From Eledone cirrhosa (taxonomy: Eukaryota), in the NCBI GenBank assembly GCA_964016885.1, contig OZ024742.1:278318001-278382000 (forward strand): a stretch of 64,000 bases of DNA, written 5' to 3'. A program made the position numbers and the translations under genes. Under the pieces are notes generated by a model, which was not told the origin of the DNA, searched no databases, and saw only the letters and a list, made by a program, of their open reading frames with translations. Position 1 is the first letter of the stretch, and every line of letters starts with the position of its first letter. Below are positions 42,492 through 57,210 of this stretch, one piece after another.

Positions 42492-42592
42492 AGCCGAGGT
42501 TGACTTTGCCTTTCATCCTTACAGGGTCGATAAAATAAAGTACCAGTAATGCACTGGGTAATTTCTGGCCTTGTGCCTAAAGTAGAAACAAT
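42492..42592 (+). mobile_element. SINE family A, 3' half
   Basis: Family A core and tail. Confidence 0.88.
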
Positions 42593-42647
42593 TATAGTAA
42601 AAGGCAGCGCTATAAAATAATTTATATCTATATCTACATCTATCTAT

Positions 42648-43147
42648 CTCACCCTCTTTTAAAAACGAGGGCGAGGCGGTTTTCCTATGTTTTATGGCTA
42701 TAGTGAAAGAGGTTATATGGTGGACGAGGTTAAGAGGGCTGAGGTCAGACACCTTTCTCTCCGGCGAGCAACTGATTCGTTTTTTCAAATATCATTTTGG
42801 AAGAAGAATCAGGATGGAGAGAGAGGTGCTGTACCCCAGCAAATTTTATAAAAGGTGGGTGAATCTGACAAAGATGTCCCGAGTGGTTTGGCCTTCTCTC
42901 TATATAAGCCTGTAGGTTGAGGAAAAAGAGGAAAAGAGGAAGGGAGTACTCACTAGTGGTGCTCTTGGAGATGAGGGTTGTACATTTTTTCTGGGTGTGT
43001 ACAACCCCTGTGTAACACCTCCCCCTCTTGGGGATTTCAATTGTTATTTGTTATTGTATTAATAGTTTTATTTTCATATACCTGTATGTAAACTCCCCAT
43101 TTGTGTTTGTCCCCTTCTTTTGTGCCCTTGTGGCTAATAAATAAATG

Positions 43148-43182
<35 letters not shown>

Positions 43183-43446
43183 ATGGAGATGAGGGTTGCA
43201 CATTTTTTTCGGGGGTCTGTGTTACCCATATAAACTGTCTCCCTCTATTGGGGAAAATCGACTAACTTTTAAATTCCATCTGTGATAACATTTTACACGT
43301 TTTTATTGTATGTAAACTTCCCCCTTTGTATTTGTCCCCTTCTTTTGTGCCCCTGTGGCTAATAAAGAAATATATCTATCTATCTATCTATCTGTCTATC
43401 TATCTATCTATTTATCCATCTATCTATCTATTTATCTATCTATCTA
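42648..43446 (+). mobile_element. Two tandem 5'-truncated Tx1/L1 3' ends
   Basis: 42648-43182 (KEVIWWTRLRGL plus UTR plus TATC) and 43185-43446 (UTR plus TATC). Confidence 0.88.
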
Positions 43447-44830
43447 GAGGTAACAAACAGGGTGTTTGCACTGACCCAGAAGTGAGCCGAGTGCAAACTG
43501 TCCCTGAAAGGTCGGGCGGAGGTGGCGAACACTTATATAGCATCAGTCATCTACTACCGCCTGACCGTTGTGCCTTGACCAAGGGAAACGCTCGCCAAAA
43601 TGGAGCGTGCACTCTTCCAATTCCTTTGGTCGAAGCGGGCTCCTATGGAGAGGAGATCCATCTGCTGTCAACACCCTTCCAAAGGAGGGCTGGGGATGCC
43701 GTGGCTAATGATACCTAAACACGCATTAAGGCTACGGCATCTCCAGTTATTCCTCAACGGTCAACCGGTGTAGGCCCCATTTGTGAGGCGAGTCTTTCCC
43801 AGACTCGTCTCACTCACCGAGCTGCAATCCTGGGTCAAGCAAAGATCGAGAAAACTGGGCGCCTGGCACACCGAGTGTGCCCATGCGCTCACGGCTCTCT
43901 GGCAGGGGGACCCGGCTGTCAGTGGAGAATTCACCTCGTCATTCTATAGAGGGCTGGTGGTTAGCAGGTGCGACGACGTCCTCGGAGAGGCCCTAGGCAT
44001 GGAGGAAGACGAACTGGCCAACCTGTTCGGTAGGACATTCAGCCCGGGACCCATGGATAACTTCCAAATGTCTCTAGCCTGGCAGTGCTACCTAGGGGCT
44101 CTGTCCGTTCGAGAAAGGCTCTACAGACACGGGCGCCCGGGTAGGGACCCCTCGAAAAAGATCTGTCCCAAATGCGTGTGCAACGAGGAAACCGTTGCAC
44201 ACGCATTGGTACACTGCTCAGGCATTGCCGATCTGTGGGGCTATGTCGAACAACTGCTGTCAAGGGTGGGACCGATCCGGTTGACCACCGAGTCTATTGT
44301 AACGATCAAGCCGCCTCCCCTCTTCAAAAACGAAGGAGAGGCGGCGTTTCTGTGCATAATAGCCATGGCGAAAGAGGTTGTATGGTGGACGCGTCTGAAA
44401 GGACTGAGGTCAGACACCTTTCTCTCTGGCCAACAACTGGTCCGTTTCTTCCGATATCATTTCGGAAGAAGGATCAGGATGGAGAGAGAGGTGCTGCACC
44501 CCAGCCGTTTTTATGAAAGATGGGTGAAAGTGGCGAGAATGCTCTGTGTGAATGGGCCTTTACTCTACATCAGACTATAGGTGAGGAAGATGAAAGATCA
44601 AGGGAGCACCCCCCTCTCTGTGCTCCTGAGGAGAAGGGTTTCACACTTTTTTTCGGGTGTTGAAGATTTTGTTATTAAATTTATTTTTGTTATATTTTCT
44701 TTTATTTTTATATCTTGTTATTGCCTCCTCCTTATTGAGGACGCCTTTTTATGTAAACTCCCCCCATTGTACTTGTCCCACTTTTTTTATGCCCTGGTGG
44801 CAAATAAAAAGAAAGTTATCTATCTATTAT
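43447..44830 (+). mobile_element. 5'-truncated Tx1/L1-clade LINE (ORF2 C-terminal part and 3' UTR)
   Basis: KLSLKGRAEV...FLW...KGGLGMP with stops, then ORF 43783-44580; aataaa and a degenerate tatc tail. Confidence 0.9.
43783..44580 (+). pseudogene. Tx1/L1 ORF2 C-terminus with CCHC zinc knuckle
   Basis: AWQCYLGALSVRERL...CPKCVCNEETVAHALVHCSGIADLW; upstream part broken by stops. Confidence 0.85.
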
Positions 44831-44888
44831 CTATTTCTCTCTCTCTTTCTCTTTACATCTATATTGTTATATATATATATATATGAAT

Positions 44889-45036
44889 ATATAGTTATAT
44901 TTTCGGGAGGGGGGGTCAGAGTGCCAGTAAAAACACACGCACCAGTTGGTTTTTACTTCAATTTAAATATGTTGAAGCGAAAACCAACAGGTATGGGTGT
45001 TTTTACCCGACCCCCCTCCCCCAAGTATAACAATAT
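44889..45036. repeat. Imperfect ~145-bp palindrome
   Basis: gggagggggggtc..gtaaaaacac..gttggtttt..cttcaa mirrored by ttgaag..aaaaccaac..gtgtttttac..gacccccctccc. Confidence 0.85.
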
Positions 45037-45100
45037 TTGATTCAACACGCCTTTTCAGATAAGGAATAGAAATACAAAGACAAAGTATATATATATATAT

Positions 45101-45279
45101 ATAACGAAGGAATTGTGGTAAGGAACCAGGTGGACCATAACGCACCAGAGTACGCAATACTTAGGGTAGTAGAGTGGGTAATAGGAAAAGGTATGACCCC
45201 GACGGCAGAGCTCAAGCCGTTTCGACGCCTATTTCTGGACTAGTCCAGAAATAGCCGTCGAAACGGCTTGAGCTCTACT
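45101..45279 (-). mobile_element. Fold-back insert carrying the 3' half of a hammerhead, copy 2
   Basis: Palindrome 45207-45276 centred on ggactagtcc; same body as 41773-41912; (TA)n flanks. Confidence 0.8.
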
Positions 45280-45444
45280 ATATATATATATATAAGTAGT
45301 TCCACAACAGTTAGTTCACCATACCGAGAACAAATGTTTCTTGGTACGGTGAAATAACTGTTGTGGAACTACTTCTCCCAAACTCGTCCCATGGACAGAG
45401 TGCTCTACTACTACAGATATAACCCATCAGTCTTCTACTATTAC

Positions 45445-45518
<74 letters not shown>

Positions 45519-46176
45519 ATGTGTGTGTGTGTGTACGGAGAGAGAGAGTAAGAGAAAGAGAGAGAATATATGGAGAGGATCGTGAGGACTATGCGAATAA
45601 AGAAAGCACCTATTATAAATATGCATAACCCACGAATCAATAATAGATTTGAACTTTATGATGCAGAGTGATTATTGTAACTTCTCGGCGTCATACAGTC
45701 ACCGTGTGGAAAGTTCGTGACCACAGAGCGTTCCGTTTTTCTGCGTTCATCTCTCATTAGAAAGGGCCTTGTGGGCTGAGTCCTCTAGCAGGCCATGAAA
45801 TATCATGTAGAAATATATTGGCTAAAAACATTATTTTGTTTTTCTCTGTCATTCTCTTACACCAGTATCATCTTATATTTCTATCTACATTGTACCAGCT
45901 TTCTGAACACCCTATTATGTATTACATGTCATACACTACTTCACATAAACTATAGCGAATATATATATATACAGTATTTACGTATCGAGAAAGAGAAAAA
46001 AAGGGGAGGATAGGTGATGCATATAGTTATTTGCCAAGTAGCGTATGCCAAAGGTGCTTGATACTAGTGCCGGCAGTATTAAATATTCGAAGTGTTAATA
46101 TTTAGTGGGCTAGAGAGTTAGCAGAGCGTAAGCACGTGGGAAAGTAAAAAAATCGGAGAATAGACCGTTAAAACAG

Positions 46177-46216
46177 CACCTACGTACGTTTCGCCCAGTT
46201 GGGCTTCTCAAGGGTA
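46177..46216 (-). ncRNA. Type I hammerhead, U3-A8 core variant
   Basis: tacc c TTGAGAA gccc aact gggc GAAA cgtacg TA ggtg. Confidence 0.7.
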
Positions 46217-46506
46217 TAAAGAATCAAAAGTGTTCCCTATATTGCCCGGAAAGAGTTTTGGGGGTTAAATCCACATCAAGGTTCATTGCTCGCAAAAATA
46301 GCTTGTTTTGATTTTGCAGCAGGTCAAGGGAGGTAACTCTGGCCGGTGTTAGGGCAGTCTTTCCCGGACAATTTTTTTTTTTTTTTCGCCGCATCTGTTT
46401 GTCTGAGGCTGGGTCTGGTATGCAAGGATTCTTCCCTGGGTGTTATTTTGCAGCGCCTGCCCGCCGGGGTGTTAAGACTTGTTGCAGGGAGATCCGGTGT
46501 ACGGTT

Positions 46507-48480
46507 TCACTCCTCATCCTTAACACATCTGAAGAAGGATATTTTTAAGCGATGTGTCAAACTTATCGCTGTTTCAGCTCTGCTGTTGATGAGCTCGTGG
46601 GGTGCAGTTATGATGTGGTAGAGCTCCATGAGGCAAAGATCGCATTTCCTCTTGAAGTTGTACGGTGCAGCCCTACCGACAATCTCCCAGTGCGTGGAGA
46701 AGCTGATGTTTAAGTCCTTTAGTGATGTGATGTAGTCCGCGAGCGAAGTGGAGTGCCTTAGTTTTCTATTTGTGAAAGAGTGGAGATGTGTTCGAAACCT
46801 AATTTTGAACGGGCCGGAGGTAGCCCCTATATAATGTTTAACGCTATTGTGGCTAGTAATAGTGCATCTATATATAACCCTATCAGTCAAGCAGTATCCT
46901 CTAAGGAGGCAGCGTCCTCTGTCGCGGCAGTTGCAATTTCTGTCGCGGTTCCGTCTATTTCCCACGGTAAGGCTATCATTGTTGCTGCCTACGTTGTTAC
47001 CTACGCTACCGCAGCTGTCGTTAGCACCATTACAACCCACAGCACGCAGGGTGGTGCGATTGTTATTCCGCACGTCATGTCCTGCATGTTCTCCAGTCAT
47101 TTCGCGGTTATGCTGGTTGCGTCTACGGATGCCGTTGTCAACACTATTGGATGCTGCCAGGGAGTTGTTAAGGCCAATATAGTTATTGTCAGGTGTAAGT
47201 GCGTCTGTGTCGAGGTGCTGTGTCTTGGTGATCTTACTGTGGTTCGTTGTTCCTATGATGTCTGCTAGGTTAGGAGTAGTAGAGAAGGATATTTTTATAT
47301 TGTTCCTATTAAGAATTTTTCTATACCTTTGGTTGGGCGGGAAGTTCTTCTCTAAGGCTTCGAAAAACATCCGGTGTATGTTGGAGGCCACACTCCGAGA
47401 GTATGGGGGGGGGGCATAGTACGTTACGGTGGCGATTACGTGTCCTTGTACTTTTGCTACGGGTGGTTCCATCTAGGTGACCGCTCTTATGTGTGTTAAT
47501 GCGCAGTCACCCGTTCGGTGCCCCTTTCACTTTATGCTCGGGTGCACTCTTCCTACCTCTTCCATGTTTATGTACACGAAGATGTTGGTTGGAAGGCGTT
47601 GGTAGTAGGCCGTCGCCTTTGTTGGTTTTGTAATAGGGGAATAGTTCGAGTAATCTACAGTGTTCACCGTCGCCGGGGTCGTGATCTTTAGTGCGGTTAT
47701 CTATTCTATTATATCCGACTTCAACGAGGTCGCCGCGTAATCGGTTATAGGTATGGCTTACTATAACGTTCGTTTTATGAGGGGGGTGGTTTCTAGAGCT
47801 AGCGTTAGGGATGTAGGAAATTCCTCGGTTAAAGCCGATGCTTATCAAGGCCCTATTGTAGTAATCTGCCGCTTGGTTGAAGATATCCTCATTAGCGGAT
47901 AGCCTCAAGATTCTATGTGAGATACTATAGACTATGGAGTTGAGAATCTGCTTAGGGTGGTTGGAGGCATAATTAATATAAGAGAGGCACTCTCCAGGCT
48001 TATGGTATGGCTTGTATAAGCCCGTACTCAACTCCAGGGTCACGTCCAGGAAGTTGACAACCCTGTGGTTGAGGTCCATAGTTACGGATAGGCCGTATGA
48101 CTTGAAGAACCTGTGTATATGTTTGTTAAGGTTCTCTCTCCTACGGGGGCTATGGTTCCTAACGGTAAACAGGGCGTCGTCCCTATATACACCTCCTTGT
48201 AGGGCCGGTATCTCTTCCCTAAGCATATGTAGGAGGTATATCCCGACCAGGTCAGTTGCTTGCGCTGAGTCACTGGACCCCATCGTGACATCGAAGTTAT
48301 CAGGACGGTTGGTTCTGGTCCAGTGGGAGCCTTCGAACTGGATAATGGTTCTACGCGCCGCTAGAATTATGTCTATTTCTTTTTTAGTGAGGCTAGTGTT
48401 AGATCTAGCTAAGGTAAGTGCCTTATTTAAGAGTATGGGGGAGATAGAGGCGTAGTAACTATCTATATCAAACTGGATGA

Positions 48481-48486
<6 letters not shown>
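46507..48486 (-). pseudogene. Penelope RT-GIY-YIG ORF, disrupted
   Basis: One in-frame TGA at 47507-47509 (the frame continues LRINTH...RNRHRNVL) and a frameshift at the G-run near 47405-47414. Confidence 0.88.
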
Positions 48487-48516
<30 letters not shown>

Positions 48517-48528
48517 CACATACACACC

Positions 48529-50240
<1,712 letters not shown>

Positions 50241-50242
50241 AA

Positions 50243-50400
50243 TATTATTTTGCTTTCCATGCCCATGATTATTCCATTCAGGGCGAAACGTACGTAGGCG
50301 CACTATTATATAAACATGTTTTAACGGTTGTAAACTCTTTGTATTCATTTCCTTTATAATCGCTCTGCTTATTTTTTCTCGCCCACTAAATATTGACGCC
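50243..50400 (+). mobile_element. Inverted pseudo-LTR at the 5' end of Penelope copy 2
   Basis: ttgctttccatgccc and taaactctttgt.ttcatt are inverted matches to 48644-48710. Confidence 0.8.
50260..50300 (+). ncRNA. Type I hammerhead, A3-U8 core variant
   Basis: tgcc c ATGATTA ttcc attca gggc GAAA cgtacg TA ggcg; first stem II pair mismatched. Confidence 0.55.
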
Positions 50401-50489
50401 TGTAATATTTAACCCTGTAGGCACGAGTATTGAGCACATATGCATAAACTATTGGCAACTAAATATATGTATCGCCCATCTTTCCATTT

Positions 50490-50593
<104 letters not shown>

Positions 50594-50597
50594 TTAT

Positions 50598-51020
50598 TTA
50601 TTAAAATAACAGATTAAAGTTTAAGCAAAGAATCGCTGCTTTCACCCTTAACGGGATCTTCTGAAACTAACAAAGTCAATCTGTAAACGCAGAAGTGGAT
50701 ATTTCAAAAAACGTTGCAACCGGAGGAAGACAGGAAGACGATACTTTGGTTCGTTGAAACGTTCCCTGGCAAAGAACGGGAAAAAAACGAATATAATACG
50801 TCATTATTTGGAGCGGTGAAAAACAATTACACGCAAAGACAAAACCACGTTTATGGTATGAAAGAAGTCGTAGATCTCGTTAAGGGTGAAAGCAGCGGTT
50901 CTTTGCTTAAACTTTAATCTGTTATTTTAATAATATTTGCTCTACGGTTCTTATATATTTGATATATATTTATCCTTATCGAGCCCTCTTTGGATTATAG
51001 TCTTCAAATTTATTATTATT
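50598..51020 (+). mobile_element. (TA)n-flanked insert with a 62-bp 5' inverted arm
   Basis: 50598-50659 is the reverse complement of 50872-50933; body continues to the next (TA)n. Confidence 0.8.
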
Positions 51021-51115
51021 ACTATATATATATATATATATATACAGACATATATACACCTATATATGTATATATAAATATACAGACACATATACACCTA
51101 TATATGTATATACAA

Positions 51116-51175
<60 letters not shown>

Positions 51176-51434
51176 CACATAAACAGACCGCACAGCACAC
51201 ATAAAAATACCTATACACTTAAACACTCTTGTCTAGCGCTTATGTGTGAGATATTGTCCTCTAAATTATTGTCGTGTTGGGGTATTTTCACATCAATTAC
51301 AACTATTTTCAGAAGTTATATATTTATATTTAATACTTATATAAGAATTACTGACAGATGAACGCACACGTATGAATGTATGTAAGTATATATGTATATA
51401 TGTATATAAGCAACACACACACACATATATATAA

Positions 51435-51465
<31 letters not shown>

Positions 51466-51508
51466 GAAAAGGAGAAGCAACCGTGAATAAGGTGAAACAA
51501 TTGTTCTG

Positions 51509-51601
<93 letters not shown>

Positions 51602-52159
51602 TAATATACATTCATACATATATATTCTATTCTCATGTAGACCATTCTGTTACGTTAAATTGATCAGTTAATGAAAGTGATTCATGCGAAAACCTTGATT
51701 GATAATTCGAAGCTAGCTTTACATGAAGCAAATGAGTCCTTTGAGATGTGATATTTTGTCTATTATTAATTGTTACTCTCCTAGTAATTATGTTACTGAG
51801 AATTTGTGCAAATTACTGACTATGACATGGCTGTGTGGTTAAGAAATTAGATTCGCAACTGCTTGGTTACATGATCGATCTCATTGCGTAGCACCATTGT
51901 CAATTATTTTCTAGTGCAGGCTGTGAACAATATCAATACATGAACGACTTCTATATGAGTAGAACTGTTTGGCTCTTAATGATTTCATACGAATGAAACT
52001 GTTCTAGTTAGTTTTATTCGACCATGGAGTTCTGTGTATTTTGTTTGTTTTCAATTTTCAAAAGATTTTTTAAAGGGTTCCTTGATAAAAAAAATGTTTT
52101 CGTTCTTCCTTGCTTTCGTTCGTTGTCTTCTCTTTGTTAATCATCCTAATTTTATTATT

Positions 52160-52550
52160 AGAGCGTCAGACACCATGCTTTGTAGCATAGAGTTATGGAC
52201 GTTCTGAGTTCAAATCCCACAGCGGTTAGGTTTGCCTTTCATCCTTACGGGTTCGATAAAATAAAGTACCATGAGTTGATTTAATCGACTCCCCCCCCCT
52301 TCAAATTTCTGGTCTTGTGCCTAAAGTATTATTATTATTAATATTATATATATAAAGGGCGGTGGATTGGCAGTATCGGTAGAGGGTTGGACGCCATGCT
52401 TTGACGTATAGAGTTACGGCCCTTGCCATTCTGAGTTCAAATCCCGCCGAGGTTAACTTTGCCTTTCATCCTTACGGGGTCGATAAAATAAAGTACCAGT
52501 AATGCATTGGGTAATTGCTGGCCTTGTGCCAAATGTAGAAACAATTATTA
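52160..52550 (+). mobile_element. Two SINE family A copies
   Basis: Partial copy 52160-52330 and full copy 52357-52550. Confidence 0.9.
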
Positions 52551-53691
52551 TTATATATATATCTACTGCGGCCTCACTTTCGATTTAAACCGATTATATA
52601 TATATATATATATGATCATGATGAATATGTTTATTTGCTGAGAATTATATATGAGTAATGAGGGACAATGTATATGACTGCTAAATGGTTTCTTCTTTTA
52701 TTCTGTTACATATTCTGCTTTTGTCGATATTGCTTCTTAACCAACAACTGGCCAGCCCTCTTTCAACCATAACCAAATATACCATCGTTTCTTCTTCCAG
52801 AAACTTGAGGGAAATTTGGCAGTTATTCCTAGCATATCAAACTGCATAGAAACTCGCACAGCCTTTCTTTCAGCCCTAGAATGTTAGATAAAAAAATCAT
52901 ATTTTCTTTTTCTTATTGGCTTATTTCGTTTATTTTAAAACAACAGATCAGATCTTTTCCAGCAATGGATAATTATATCTTTTCTTTTCTTTTAACAAAG
53001 GAGTGGAATTTGAGGGTTATTAGGATACTATATCTAACAGGTCAAACAGCTACTCAGGAAGCTTCTCCTTGTCCCTTCACCCTCACTTTCTTCTCTTACC
53101 TACATGACGTATTCTCTTGCTCTAATATATACGGTTGTTTCATCGCAGGCTCCGATAAAATATGTTTCCGTTTGATGAGAATTACAGAGTCAACGAAACT
53201 GTGGCTAGGAATTAGAAGTCTATCTTTACAGGACACACAATCACATCCAGATACACACACACACACACACGCATACAGACACACACACACCCACGCACAC
53301 ATACACATATACACACACTATGTTTTTCCTCTAAGGTAGAATGTTTTATCTTGGTGCTGATAAATAATTCATGGTCTTCTTTCTCTTTTAACTTGATTTA
53401 TTCCGCTGCTATTTTCGGGGACAATTTTCCCCCATTGTTTCTTACGTACACACATCAACTTCAGCATCAACATCAGCATCAGCATCATTGTTCGATGATA
53501 TTTTCGTTTTCCGATTGTATAGGTGTTTATTTTAGCTGTATGTGTCTATATGTATGTTGAAGTGTTTATATTGTTGGTGTATGTGCTTATCTGTATGTGA
53601 CTGTGTGTGTGGGTGTTTGTATGTGTGTGTGTTTTGGATATGTGTGTATATCTGTTGTATGTGAGTATATCTGTGTATGTGTGTGTGTTGT

Positions 53692-53727
<36 letters not shown>

Positions 53728-53849
53728 ATACAAGTACACATTAACCTCTCTGTACAGCGTGTTTTTCTTTTACGTTTGTATAAGTGTCCATTTTGGTTGT
53801 ATGTCTTAATGAGTATGTGACTCTATCTGTTTCTCTTTCTCTCCCTTTC

Positions 53850-53892
<43 letters not shown>

Positions 53893-53973
53893 ATGTGTAC
53901 ATTTATATATGAGGCGTAAGTGAATAGATGTGTGTTTGTGTGTATGTGTGTGTGTGTATGTGTGTGTGTTTGT

Positions 53974-54034
<61 letters not shown>

Positions 54035-54384
54035 CGTGCGTGCATGTCAATGAGAAAATGTGTATGTATACGTACAACATCAACATCTCTGTACGGCATA
54101 TTATCGTTCTTCGTTTGTAAAGGTCTCCGTTTTGGCTCTGTGTTAAGTGTATCTGGTATTGCGTATGTGTGTATATGTGAGCTCGAGTGGATACCAACGT
54201 GCACAAACACATGCACACACATACATATACTGTATGTGCATGAGAGTGTGAGAACGTTCGTTAGTGTGTATTTGTTGGTGACTTTAATTCATCGAGTCGA
54301 TATTTCGGACGAGGGAACAAATGGAACAAATGGAAAATTCATCCCCGAAACCTACTTACTGTGTTACATGAAATAATTTCATAT

Positions 54385-54494
<110 letters not shown>

Positions 54495-54525
54495 ACACAC
54501 AGACACACATACCTATATTTAGTTA

Positions 54526-55350
54526 CGAAGTGTGTCAGAAATGTTCCAGGACTGATGTCACAAAAGATTTATTTCAAACCCAAACTACACACTAAGAGTT
54601 TTCCCCTTCAAAGTAATCCCCCTGGAGTCTAATGCACTTTTCCATCCTTTTCTGTCGAGCTTGCATGCACTCCTGGAAGGATTCTTCCGGGATTCTCCGC
54701 AGTTCCGTCGTCACGGCCTTTTTGATGTCGTCCACGTCTTCAAAACGGATCCCTCAGGGTCGTACTCGAAGATCCATAACTCATCACCGGTGATGACTGT
54801 CTCTAGCAAGTCTGGTTCAGTTTCAAGACGCTCGAGGATGTCCTGACACACTTGCATGCGTTGACCTTCTGGTCATCGTTCAGAAGTTGTGGCACCATCT
54901 TTGCGCAGACTTTCCGCATGTCCAAATCTTCAGTGAGAATCTTCCGGACGCTGTCCCAATTCATGCCCAGCTCATTTGCCATCAGTCGAACAGTCAACCG
55001 ACGATCGCTACGCACCATCTGCCTGACGCGCTCAACGTTGACCTCAGTCCTGGCTGTTGAGGGCCTCTCGCTCCTGGGGTCATCTTGCACCACTCAAAAA
55101 CACGCGAGCGTGACATCTCAGTGCTTCTGGCGGAGTTTTCCCAACTTCAAGTTTGTTCGTTGCTCTGTGCTCATTGCTTGACGACCTGAAACAGAGGACA
55201 TGTATATAAAATTATGAAGAAAAAAGTTTGATCGCTGCAGAGAGCTAAGATTACAGTTACATACTCCAGGGGGATTACTTTGAAGGAGAAAAGTCTTAGT
55301 GTGAAGTTTGGGTTTGAAATAAATCTTTTGAACTTTTCTGACACACTGCG
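54526..55350 (-). mobile_element. Internally deleted Tc1/mariner transposon
   Basis: TA-flanked TIRs cgaagtgtgtcagaaatgttc / gaacttttctgacacactgcg; DDPRSERPST..DRRLTVR..MRKVCAKMVPQLL..VITGDELWIFEYDPE fused to RFEDVDDIK..QGDYFEG, so most of the catalytic domain is lost. Confidence 0.92.
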
Positions 55351-55603
55351 TATATGCAATTACAGCCGAAAATTCGGAATTATTTCATTCAAAAATAATA
55401 TCTTTAGTCGGCTCTATGTATCGAGTACTCATTCAGTTAATGTTTAACTCTTTTAATTTTTTGTGTAGTTATACATAAAAACCGTATACACACACACACA
55501 CACTCACACACACACAAACTCACACACACACACACACACATATATATACGAATACTTACATGCATATATATATATATATATGTGTGTGAGTGCGTGTGTA
55601 CGT

Positions 55604-55684
<81 letters not shown>

Positions 55685-56716
55685 TGAATGTGTGTCTCTA
55701 TATATCTCGCTCTGATTTCCTCCTTTAAGAATTCAAGCCACGTTCTAGAATTTGTTACTCTTTGGACTGGAACTATCGACATTATCGTGAAATGTTTTGT
55801 TTTTGATAATGATGTCATTGGCACTGTTGTTCTTGTTATTGTTGTTGACATTGTTACTGCCTACATTGTTGTTGTTATTGTTATCATAGTCGTTGTCGAA
55901 GTCGTTAATTCTTTGATCATTCTACAGTTTCTTCTTCCATCCCTTCCCCTTATTATCATTATTATTGTTGCTGTTGTTGTTGTTCTTGTTGTTGTTTTTG
56001 TTGTTGTTGATGATGTTGTTGTTGTTGTTGTTGCTGCGGTTCATGTTCTTGTTGTTATTCTCTGCCAACTCTTTCAGTCGTTATGTTTATCTTGTGGTCT
56101 CTACAAGATCGGATATTGCTAAGTGGTTTGTTTTAAAGTGTGAAAAGTTTCAACTATATATATGTGGATCGTTGCAGAACGAAGATATTTATTTTGGTGC
56201 ACCTTTTTTATGGTTGCGTTGGTAGCGATCAAAATGTTCCCTAATCAGAATTGTCTTAGTTCATGTATTTTAACAACATGGTGACATTGAGTTACCCCCT
56301 CTCAATGAAAAATTACTGTTTATCTGCAAATGCTAAGCTAAAGAAGAGGAACATGAACACAAATTCTTTTCCCAAATACACACGTACCATTCGAATATAA
56401 AGAAAATAATAACTTTTCAGCACTACAGTTGATATTGCTCTCTTGATTGGCCATGGAAACAGTAGCAGTAGCGGGAGTAGTAGCAACAGCAATAAGAACA
56501 GCAACAACAACCACAATAACAACAACAAAAACAACAATGATGACGATGACGTTAGCGACTACGACGAAACAACTACAAAAAAACAACGGATACCACTAAG
56601 GTTAATTTCAAATTCATCGTTCTGACGTCGGTAAAATAAAGTACCAGATAAAGAACTGGGTTGATTTATCACTCTATACAAACTTGCTGGGGTTGTGACC
56701 TAATTAAAAGCACCGT

Positions 56717-56785
<69 letters not shown>

Positions 56786-56844
56786 CACCATCACCGACCC
56801 CCTACTACTACTACTACCACCACCACCACCACCACCGACCCACG

Positions 56845-56901
<57 letters not shown>

Positions 56902-56999
56902 GTTATACTACTACTGCTACTACACAGTGTAGTTGATGGAAGAATCGGTAGAGCGTCGGTGAAATTTATTAAAAGGATTTTTATAGGAACGGATATTAA

Positions 57000-57210
57000 T
57001 TTAGGCATAACACCAGCAATTTAAATGAAGGGAGTCGATTAATTAAACACTAGTATTGGACTGCTTCTTTATTTATGGAATCTGAAAGAATGAATGGCCA
57101 ATGTGAGAGTGGTGAGATTCGAACTCAAAACGTTAAAAGCCAGAACAAATACTGCGACACATTTATTCGGACGCTATCACATGTCAATCAATCTCCCCTC
57201 GCCGTTGGTA
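57000..57210 (-). mobile_element. Diverged family A-like SINE
   Basis: gattcgaactca B-box complement and degenerate core. Confidence 0.6.

Larger units (their letters stand above)
45970..48486 (-). mobile_element. Penelope-like element copy 1 (5'-truncated; RT plus C-terminal GIY-YIG; possibly Hydra clade)
   Basis: RT motifs [34 protein letters not shown]; endonuclease CNC..C...C..VIY...YIG.T...F..R...H, CDLC; 3' UTR with an HHR; abuts (TA)n. Clade assignment is from recollection and needs a tree. Confidence 0.92.

Noticed and set aside
47507-47509. In-frame TGA as selenocysteine (known in some Naiad elements)
   Set aside because: It lies in a variable linker rather than at a conserved Cys; more simply CGA-to-TGA decay; no SECIS recognised.
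50715-50770. Possible hammerhead ending GAAACGTT
   Set aside because: No CUGANGA-type core in register and no stem I.
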